NCBI RefSeq assembly: GCF_036321535.1
Contig: NC_087467.1
Span: forward strand, 2,418,001-2,482,000
Length of the DNA stretch: 64,000 bases
Direction of reading: 5' to 3'
Source of the DNA: Camelus dromedarius
Lineage: Eukaryota
The notes beneath the pieces are model-generated. The model was not told where the DNA came from. It searched no databases and saw only the letters and a program-made list of their open reading frames with translations. This document shows, one piece after another, positions 50,206 through 60,015 of the stretch. The stretch's first letter is position 1; every line of letters begins with the position of its first letter. Both the position numbers and the translations under genes were made by a program.

Positions 50206-52809
50206 TACTGGCTTTAGTGTCTGATAGCTCCAACATCTTCCTAACTTGAACAAATTACCTATTCGCTCTGTGCCTCAGCTTCCCCTTCCATAAAATGAGT
50301 TGAAATGTTCCTCACAGGATTCCACAGAGGCTCAAATGAGTGGAGGCATGTGATGCTTACAGCACAGGACTGGTATCTACCAAGCACCTCACTGATACTG
50401 TGATTAAGACTTTACCAGGCTGTGTGTTATCAAATCCCAGCCCCTAAAGTTTCCCCTTCCCTTGATCATTCTCTCTGTTCCACCCTGAGCTCCGTTTCAA
50501 TGCCACGTCTTGCTTTCCCTGCCGGTTATGAAGCCTGAAATGATGTGTTCCGCACGGTGTAACTGATTACCCCAGAGAGGGAGCTGGAATTTGGGGATCA
50601 GAAAGACCCGCCAGGATTAGATGCTCTGAATTAAGTGGCTGATAGGCAGAGGGAAAGATTCAGGGGAGAAATACCCTTGCTAAAACATCAGATCAAGGGA
50701 CTGAAACACCAGATCTGACAAATTCGCTAGTAAAGTTTTGGAGTCAGTTCAAATTGAAGGGAAGCATATGGAGTCACTTTGCAGGTCAGGATCCCAGATG
50801 GAGGAGCTGGGTGGACCCAGCAGGCTTCCTCTAATCCCGTGGCCGTGCTGTAGCTGGATCACACCTGGAGGGTCTCAGGGGGACCAGACTCATGGCTTGC
50901 TGCCTGGTTCCAACCAAGCCTGGAGACTTGTTCAGTGACTGGTAACTGGTCAGATAATGGCTTTGAAAGTTAACCATTTACATTGCATGAAAGTACAGTT
51001 TGCACTGTCTCCCATGACACACGGGCTGTGCAAGAAAGGCCTTGCTCATCTCCTGACATGCTGCTTCTTCACAGACTGCACTTGGGGACGGCTCTGTCTG
51101 GAGCCCGCCAGCCTCATCACCGCCTCCAAGCCATGACGCATGCGTCCCTCAGCTGCAACTCACCTCTCCCTCTTCACCACATCTGGGGCCTCTGTTAAAA
51201 CCTCTAAAGTTAAGTGAAACCCCTCACCTGCCTCTGCCAAATCATTCTATTTCAACACCTTCCTTTTTTCCATTAAGCAAATTGCACCCCTATTTGTAAA
51301 TATAATTTTTTTTTCATTTGTCTCCACATTTTTTTTTCTATTACCATGCTGGAATTAGAAACTCTATAATCACAAGTGTAAGATCCGACTTATTCACCAT
51401 TGTAACCTTAGGGTCTAGTGGGACTCCCTGAACTCAATTTTTAATGAAAGAATAAATGAATGAATAATTTTCTTTTTTTTAAAAAAAAATCAGGAACCTG
51501 GAAATACAGGCACTATGTCAGCTGGGAAGGTGCAAAGGCACCATTTTGCTCTCAAATCTTAACTACTTTGCTTCTGCTTCTTGCTGGCTTGATCACCATG
51601 CACAAGGTCAGTTAGCTGAGGTTATTGCTTTGTTTAAGGGAACACATCCAAGCGAGGCACAATGCAAAGGGTATTTCTCTTAAGAAAAAAAAAAAAAAGT
51701 CTAAGAGTAAAATAAATATTTTTGAGGAAATGGCAGCAAATGATCTAGATTTTCAACTTGAATTCCCTAGTTCCCTGAAGATCTTTCCCCCTTTGCTAAT
51801 GGATTAACTCTAATGGCCCGCCATAATGTGATAGCAGCAAACTTGTTGGTGGTAAATAACCAACCTTCTTTTCAAAAGACATCAGGGGAAGGAAATTATG
51901 CTTTGAGATGGAGCCAGCAGTCACACTTGCCAGGCTGAGTTACAAGGGCCGTCAGGCCTCCTGCTTCAGGGCAGAAGTTGGTCACCAGCTGGGCTCAGAA
52001 GAAATTGCTCCAAGCCCCCTGCCCTGACATTGTACAATTAGGTACATTGCAGTAAGGATTTTTGCCTTTTTTTCATACCATTCCACACTGGCGACTCTCA
52101 GAGGCGAGATCCTGGGCTGGATGGACCATTGGTCTGGCTCCACTGGGGCGGCTCCTGTGCTTTGATCTTAAACAACCTTGCTGAGAGATAAATGGGATTC
52201 TAAGAGGATTTTGAGATAAATTCCCACAGCTATGAAGAGAAAAACATTTGACTCCGGTTTTGATATAAGCAACAGACCCAAATATTTAAAGTCATTTGCT
52301 TCATCTATTTTCCCAACTGTCTCGGCACACACTGAAGGAGGCAGTTTGCTCTGCCTGGAGTAATTTCTCCACTTGGTCCTCAGGGATTCCTCACTTGGGC
52401 TTCTGCAAGCAGATTCGTCTGTACAAGTGGTCGTAGGTGAATTTTCTTCCTTGGGTTGCTTGTTCCATCTGTGACTCTGCTCCCGCCTCCAAATTGTACT
52501 GTGTATTTAAGTTCACATATTTCTCTCAGCACATGATTTTCAGTATGTGCTATTTAATAATGTGAAAACTAGCTTGGAAAACCAACTCTTTACTAAGTGA
52601 TTTTTGTTTGGCAGTTAAGGTCTAAGTGACACTAGACTTTTCAGACAAATCATACAAAGGTCGTTGGTTCTGATTAACCTTGCTTCGAGGTCCTAGGTTA
52701 GTTAATTCAATCCCCAAGTGGGTTGGGTACATACTGTGTGCCGGTGCTATCAGTGTCTGCTCTCCCAGAGATGAGAGCATAAGGCTGTCATGCACTCCTA
52801 CGTCTATAC

Positions 52810-53606
52810 GCCATTTCAAGAGAAATGAAAACATACATCTAGACAAAAATCTGTACACAGATGTCCACAGCAGCATTATGAGAAATAGCCTCTCTCCCAG
52901 CCAGAATAGAAACAACCCATATACCTATCAATTGATGAATGGATAAACAAAATGTGGTATATCCATACAATGGAGTATTATTTGGCAAAGAAAAGGAATT
53001 AAGTATGGTTGACCCTTGAACCATCCCAGTTTGAACTGCTTGGGCCCACTTATATGCAAATTTTTTTAATAGTAGATACTACAGTAATACACAATTTGCA
53101 GTTAGTTAACTCTGTAAATGTGGAACCAAAGATACAGAGAAATTGCATACATGGAGGGTCAGCTATAACTTATATGTGGATATTTTACTGTTCTGGGGGT
53201 TGGCAACCCCAAATCCCATGTTTTTCAAGAGTCAACTGCACTGATATATATTAAAAACTGATGAATTTTTAAAAGATTGTGCTAAGTGAAAGAAGTCAAA
53301 CGCAAAAGCACATGTATGATTCTATTTATATGAGATGTCAAGAGTGGTCAAATCTACAAATCTGTGGTAGGGACAGAAAGTAGGTTAGCGGTTGCCGGGG
53401 GCTGGGAGAACAAGCAATGGGGAATGACGGCTAAGGGGCGTGGAGTTTCTTTTGGCGCAAGGGGAATGTCCTGAAATCNNNNNNNNNNNNNNNNNNNNNN
53501 NNNNNNNNNNNNNNNNNNNNNNNNNNNNNNNNNNNNNNNNNNNNNNNNNNNNNNNNNNNNNNNNNNNNNNNNNNNNNNNNNNNNNNNNNNNNNNNNNNNN
53601 NNNNNN
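52810..53606 (+). mobile_element. L1MB-like 3' end (interrupted by MER8, terminus under N-run 53479-53606)
   Basis: TTGATGAATGGATAAACAAAATGTGGTATATCCATACAATGGAGTATTAT ... GCTAAGTGAAAGAAGTCAAACGCAAAAG ... GCGGTTGCCGGGGGCTGGG. Confidence 0.85.
53006..53238 (+). mobile_element. MER8-like TcMar-Tigger MITE
   Basis: TIRs GTTGACCCTTGAA / TTCAAGAGTCAACTG; TA (and decayed CA) target dinucleotide. The L1MB sequence AAGTA|CTGATA resumes after it. Confidence 0.85.
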
Positions 53607-53609
53607 GTA

Positions 53610-54420
53610 TGCAAGGAAATAGGTAACAGAAACATTAGGTATTGGGATGAGCTCCGTTTAACCAGATGGAAAATGACCTGGAAGGAGTTGGCTGTTTTAG
53701 ATTAGAGGTCAGGAAGGGCCTCTCTGAGATGGCATGGCCTGGAAAGCTAAGCCAGGGAAGGAGTCCTGTTACGCGAATCTTCTTGGGGAGCAGCATTACA
53801 GGAAGCAGAAACGTGATTAGTGTATTTGAAGCCTGGCGAAAGGGCCAGGGTGTGGGGGAGCAGAGTGAGCAGTGGGGAGGGGATGATTTAAAATCAATTC
53901 AGAGATGTAGGCAGAGTTCTGGTGGACCCTGTATAACATGGCCCGGAGTGTCTTATTTTAAGGGAAACCACTGGTGGGTCTTAAGCAGTGGTGGGATATA
54001 ATCTTAATTACATTTTTAAAAGGCATCCATTTCTGCTGTGTAGACTATGGCTTAGAAGAGTGGAGATTATACTGCATAGCACAGGGAAATAGATACAAGA
54101 TCTTATGGTAGCTCACAGAGAAAAAAATGTGACAATGAATATATGTACGTTTATGTATAACTGAAAAATTGTGCTCTACATTGGAATTTGACACAACATT
54201 GTAAAATGATTATAACTCAATAAAAAATGTTAAAAAAAAAAGAAACAACTTTATTAAATGATTTACCAAAGGTTAAAAAAAAAAGAAGAAGAAGAGCAGA
54301 GACCTGCTAGGATTCACTGCAATATTCCCCATCAGAGATGGGGTGGCTTAGACCAAGTTGGCGGCTGAGAAGGCAGGCGGGCAGATTTAGAAATGTTCAG
54401 GGGTGCAGCTGACAGGACTG
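53610..54420 (-). mobile_element. L2 fragment (host of the L1 insertion at 54.07 kb)
   Basis: GGAAACCACTGGTGGGTCTTAAGCAG ... AGAGATGGGGTGGCTTAGACCAAG ... GCTGACAGGACT match recalled antisense L2. Confidence 0.7.
54064..54289 (+). mobile_element. Young camelid L1 3' end with a double poly-A tail
   Basis: L1 terminus, A10 (54232-54241), 33-bp extra segment, A10 (54275-54284). TSD AGAAGAGTGGAGA (54054-54066) / AGAAGAGCAGAGA (54290-54302). Confidence 0.9.
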
Positions 54421-54519
54421 AAACAGATTCATGATTCAAAGAGCTTTTATTGGCTGTAATAGAAAGCTAGACACACATTTACAAAGACAAGTTCAAGATT
54501 TTCGAGAGGCACTATTTAC

Positions 54520-54806
54520 TCATGGTTCCAAATGAGAAATTACCCAAAGGTTCACTAACTGTAGCATAGATAAATACATTGTGGGGTATTCGTGCAGCAG
54601 AATCTCATATCAGAAATGAGAAGGAACAACTGTCAAGGGAAAGAAACAAGACACTGACTTTCATTCAGTATTATCCCATGTACACAAAACTGGAAAACTG
54701 GTTTAAATGATCTATAGGGTTTGAAGTCTGAATAGTGGTTACTTTTGCTGGGGTGGTGATGGGTAGAGGGTACAGAGGGGAGCTTCTGAAGGTATTGGTA
54801 GTGTCC

Positions 54807-54855
<49 letters not shown>

Positions 54856-54970
54856 TTTTTTTAATTTGAGTTCTAGTTACATAGGCTGTTCCGGTTTTGA
54901 AAATTCATTGAGCTGGACATTTGGTTTTCCACTTTTGTCTAGGTATATTTTACAGCAATCTAAAAAGTTA
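54520..54970 (+). mobile_element. L1ME-like 3' end
   Basis: GATAAATACATTGTGGGGTATTC ... GAATAGTGGTTACTTTTG ... GAAAATTCATTGAGCTG. Carries the TA/TG microsatellite. Confidence 0.6.
54807..54854. repeat. (TA)7(TG)10(TA)7 compound microsatellite
   Basis: Counted directly. Confidence 0.95.
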
Positions 54971-56261
54971 AATAATGAGTCCAAATTGGCATTTCAGTAT
55001 TTATTAGAGATTTTGGCATTTCTGATTCTAGACTCAAAAAGTTAAACTGGAGTTAAACTGATTTAAGTCTACAGCATGTGGAAAATATTGGAGAGTCCTT
55101 GCCGACTGTAGTCTTGTTATGATAAGATGACATGACCAACAGTAAGAAGTGTACATAGCCTTGGCTCCATTAATAATGGAATGTTCTGCCTTGTGGGCGT
55201 TGTCCCTACATTTTCTCAGCCATCACGATCATCTTCCTTGGTGCATATATTTTTAGGCTTAGAGACCTTCTCCTGGATATTTTGCAAAAGACTTTTGGTT
55301 TGAAAATACAGCTAAATGTTTAATATTTTTGTTTATTGATCTATTCATTTGTTTATTTCCTTCTATTCTATGCAATAAATGATTAATAATCAGTGAATAT
55401 ATAGAATATGTAGATACTGTATTGGTGCTTTGGAGACAAAGATAATTAAGACATTGTCCCAGTAGGGATGAGACAGGTAAATGTGTAAGTATAATACACA
55501 GTGGTTGGAGAGTGGCAAAGTCTGGTGTTCGTGCTAATTTGTGATCACAAAGTAATAGTATCCAATGTTTAAGGGTCTTTCTCTCCTCTATGACCCCAGT
55601 ATTTTTTGTTTGACCTGTTCCTGGATTGGCAGATCTGGTCAACTATTATCTCTCCCATTTTACAGATGAGAAACTTTTGGATGAAAAGTAAGGAATGCAT
55701 CCAAAGTCACCAAGCACGGGCAGTAGTTATTCTCAAGGCTTTTGTCTTGCAGTCCTCTCTCTTCCCTGGAGACCAGGAGACCTTCCCAATAACCCTGAGC
55801 ACATCTTATCTCCTTGGAAACAAATACACAAAAACACCCTATTGACTGTTTTATCAGTTTCTAGCAGATAAGAATTGGTGCTGACAGCAATTCAAAGTAT
55901 TCGCTCTTTGTGAGGCAATTTATTGTGCTTGTGACAAGGCAGTGCTTCAGGAACCTGGAGCTTTGGTGGGTTATATTGTAAACCCTTGAAGTCAACACAG
56001 TATCCTGCTCTTTATTGAAGAGAGATCAGGCTGGGAAACATTATAACCTGCTGCACTCACTCTAAGCATGGTTTGGGATTCCAATTCCACTTACCGGGAG
56101 ACAAAACAGGAAAAGAAATTGTAAGGCTGACAATAGGTCTGGGTTTTGAGTGTGTTTGGGCCTGGGGGAGACTATGTCTTAGAATGTCCCTATTTTCTTA
56201 TCAGAACCTTCATGACCTTCTAATTTTTATCTTCAAGCAGAATATTTCTCAGACTTTTTCT

Positions 56262-56897
56262 TAGTTGAAAAACTCTCTGAACAAAGTTAGAGTATAAAAT
56301 AGACTCACCGAGTGGGAGTCTGGAGTCGGGGATCAGAGGTCTGTCTCCCGGGGCCTCCTCTTCCCCCAGAAGACAAGCAGGTGGTACAAATGGGGTTCAG
56401 AGTCACCGCTAGGTTTCGTGGGGCTCCGTTTGAAAGAGTAGAAAACTAACAAGATGGCTACTGAGTTGTTCAGACCTGTGTTTTTAACCATAACTAATCT
56501 TATGACTAACAGGCTCCCCTCCCTATGCACTCTTCTTAGCATAAAATCCTTTTACCCTAGAGGACTTGAAAGAAGGTCATGGACGGAACCTCACGAAGGT
56601 GGGCAGACCCTCCTAAATTCCTCTGTAGCAACAGCAAGTTCTTCATCTTCCAAGATGAAAAGAATGTAAAACCGTATAAAATGCCCTGCTTATTATCACT
56701 TTTTCTGTTCCACTCAGTTTTTCTATGAAACCTCAATACCCCAACCCCAAGAGGGGCTCACAGTCTCTAAAACACTAGTCTGCCGTGACTCCCTTTCCTT
56801 GACAAAGCAATAAAGCTGTTCTTTCCTCTCCTCCCAAAACTCTGCCTCCAGCTCTCAATTCGGCTATTGGGGTACAGGGGCCAGTTTTTCGCCAACA
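56262..56897 (+). mobile_element. ERV1-type solo LTR (different family from the 15.7/57.3 kb pair)
   Basis: TATAAAA at 56675, AATAAA at 56809. The 3' end GGGGCTCACAG...GACAAAGCAATAAAGCTG...CCCAAAACTCTG...TTTTCGCCAACA is typical of artiodactyl ERV1 LTRs. The 5' boundary is uncertain. Confidence 0.65.
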
Positions 56898-57300
56898 CAT
56901 TCCCAAACCACTGTAAACCTAGGACTTTAACAACAAGTTTACATTGGCTTGGAAGCACAGTCTTCTCTCTATTAATTCTAAATATTTTATTTGTTCAGTG
57001 TTCCAGACTCTCAAAGCACAGTTCATATACTTTGTCGACTAGCTACCTTTCAAATAAGCATCTTAATTAAATGCTTTGTATACATCATCTCATTTAAACC
57101 ATTTCTGGTCTCAGTTGCTGGGGCGGGGGAGATGCCTCAAGCCATTCTGGATGTAGGGCATGCTTGCTGCTTTCAGTGCAGCTGCCTTCTATATCCTCCT
57201 CTCAGGCAGAGAGGGAGCTCAGGGCATTATTCCACAGCCCTGCCTGCCCCCCAGCCCCAACTCCACCACTGACGTTATCATGGCTCTGAGTATGTCTTGT

Positions 57301-57934
57301 TGAGACAGGAGGGACGTGGGCAGGGCACATCCATTCAAGGAATGACACAGAAATTAACACCAGGATGGTGGAAGATTCAACCCCCAGTAGACCCTGAAGC
57401 TCAAGATAGCGGGAGATTTGACTTCTAGTAGACCCTGAGCGTCACTGTATTCTCATTGTAATATTAACATGGTAAATGACACTCCCATAGGTGCCATGAC
57501 AGCCTTGAGGCTGACCATGAAAGGTCAGAGTGGGCGACGGCCCAGTTCCTGGGAATCCCAGCCCCTTCCCTGGGGTGGTTGGAATGGGCCTCCCACTTGG
57601 CATGTGAAGCTAATGAGCACATAAAAACTGGCAACACCGTGCCTCGCGGCTGCCTCTCTCACTCCCTCCTCTTAGGAATCAGCCCGCACTCTGTCTATGG
57701 AGTGTGTACCTACTTTTACTTAACCTAAGCACCCAACCCCCACACCTCATGGGCTTTCTCTTGCCTTTCAATGTATCTCTCTAAATAAACCTACCTTGAC
57801 TCAACTGTGGCTCCCTCTTGAATTCTTTCCTGTGCAAAGCCAAGGACCCACACTTGGCGGGGCACGTCCCAGGGGCTCCACCGAGACCTGGGACACAGCC
57901 CTCCTCACGTCCCACGTTTGTTTTTTCTGTATCA
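57301..57934 (+). mobile_element. ERV1-type solo LTR, copy B (634 bp)
   Basis: TGAGACAGG...GTATCA ends, AATAAA at 57784, TSD TTGT/TTCT. A 29-nt block (57542-57570) is identical to copy A (15906-15934). Confidence 0.85.
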
Positions 57935-59766
57935 TTCTCATGGCACAGCAGGTTACGCTGGAAGATCTCCCTCACCTCCCAAATCTCCCAAATGTCAGGC
58001 AGGGCAGGACCTGCCCAACCTCAGCGTCATTCTCCCAGAAGCATGCAGCTGACCTGTTCCTGGGGAGAATCCTAGGTAGGGGATTGCTGAGCACAGACTA
58101 CCCTCTGACTCTTCCTCTGCCCTTCTTTCATCATCCCTGTCCTCAAAGACACAGGCTTCTCTGGTCCCTTGTCCTTCCTTCCTCCCCTTACACAGGGCTT
58201 TATGTCCAGACTCCCGGGCCTGCTCGGGCCTTTTACATAAAAGGCAAAACATTAGGAATTCCCATCAGGAGACCTTCCTGTAAGCCGTTCCACTGTGGCT
58301 GCTACAGCCTTTCCCATCCTTCACCTCGTGTGCTCCACAGACACCTCACTGCCTTGGTGCCTTAGGAACCTGGTCTGGGATTCCCAAACTTTAGTACAAA
58401 TCAACAACTTTAGGATTTATTATAGGTGCTGACATCAGGGTATCTCCGTAAAGTTTATGTAACTCAGTAGGACTGGGTTAGAGCCCAGGAATCTGCATCT
58501 TGAAGAAGGATTCTCCTCCTTCCCTCCCCCCACCTCCCCAACCCTGTGGTTCTCATGTACGATTTTAGAGTCCTACTCTGAGAAACACTCTTAGGTCCTG
58601 GAGAACCACAGTCATTGCCTCTGTAAGAAGCTCTCCCTGTTTGGAGAGAAAGATATTGAATACTGTTATTGACATAAAAATACAAATAAACACTTTATTT
58701 CACTTAAGGAGAAAGTGCCAATGCTGTGAATGTGAGTTGACACAGCACTCTTTCAAATTTGGTGCTTGGATCAGGGAATCAAGAATATTGGATAAAATTA
58801 ATCAATAAATTTTGGGTCTCCTTTCTTCACTCTGGTGCTCTGAAGGTGAATTTCATAATCAGGAGCAATCTCAGCCTCTTTATAGGGGCTTTGTACAATA
58901 GTATTTGACCATCTGTGGTTGGCTTCCTTGTTCAGTCTTTGCTGTGCACGGCAGGGGCAGTGTCAGCTTCACTGTTCACATCAGAGCACAGGACAGGCTG
59001 AAATGCTGCTTGTCTGGGGGAGGCTCCTGATTGGAGCCTAAACCTCCTTCGATCCACCCTTCAGAGTAGGACACAGACTGAGGCCAATACCTCACCTGGC
59101 AACCTGGTTAAATTTGTTGACTTCAAAGGTGTATTGGATGATACAAGCCAAACCTATGAATAAAAATTGATCATTATTATTAAAAAAAATGACATCTTTT
59201 AATTTTGTTGGCATTGCTTTGTCAAAATAATCACTCTGGAGTGGAAACTTAAAGGCTGAGTGTGTTGGGGGTCCAACTCCTTCATTGTCACATTCAGAGA
59301 AGTTACCAGAAGAAAGTCTCCTCTGTAGCTCTTGGTTCAAGCGATTCACTCTGCTAATAACATAGGAGGATCGAAATTGCAGCCTTCGATTGGAATTTGC
59401 CCTGTGCTCACACTGTATGATCTATTGCCAGAAGTTGGAAAGGCTAAAATTACCATAAACTTAACGGGGCCCATTTAATCCATTTCATTCCTTGCAGATA
59501 GAATGTCTTGCAATCATCTCCGAGATCTACAGGAGATTACACTGCAAAGCAGAGTCTTCCAGGTGAGGAACCAGCAGTTTAAGTCCCGGTACAGGACTTG
59601 TCACAGCATATCATCCTGTCCCTTAGCCAAATTGCCTGCACTTCAGCAAATATCAGGGTAGTACTGAAAGTACATTTGATGAGGATTAGATCCAGAAGTA
59701 GTCCACTCTTTGCCATTTAGGAATTATAACTTTGAGAAAAAGACTTCCACACTTTAATGCTTGTTT

Positions 59767-60015
59767 AGAGTAGCAATATTTAAAAGCATTAGCTTTGATT
59801 CCGTAGAACCAGATTCAAGCCACAATTTCTCCCACTTAACTGCCTGTGTGATCTTGAGAAAATAGCTCAGATTCTTAAAGCCACAGCTTCTTCATCCATA
59901 AAATGGGGAGAATAACGGTAGCTACCTCGTAGTGCTGTAAAAATGATTAGCTTAGCTAACATGTACTGTGCTCAGAAGAATTCCTGACATAAAGTAACTT
60001 TCAGCAAAAGTTAGC
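59767..60015 (+). mobile_element. Near-full-length MIR
   Basis: CCCACTTAACTGCCTGTGTGATCTTG ... CTTCATCCATAAAATGGGGAGAATAAC ... CCTGACATAAAGTAAC. Confidence 0.75.

Noticed and set aside
15658-57934. A single 42-kb provirus bounded by the two homologous LTRs
   Set aside because: The TSDs differ, there is no PBS/PPT or internal retroviral ORF, the distance is far too long, and the copies are too divergent.
57796-58365. 189-aa ORF, similar to 16107-16349
   Set aside because: The similarity comes from the two LTR copies. There is no gag/pol/env homology and it starts at a non-ATG codon.
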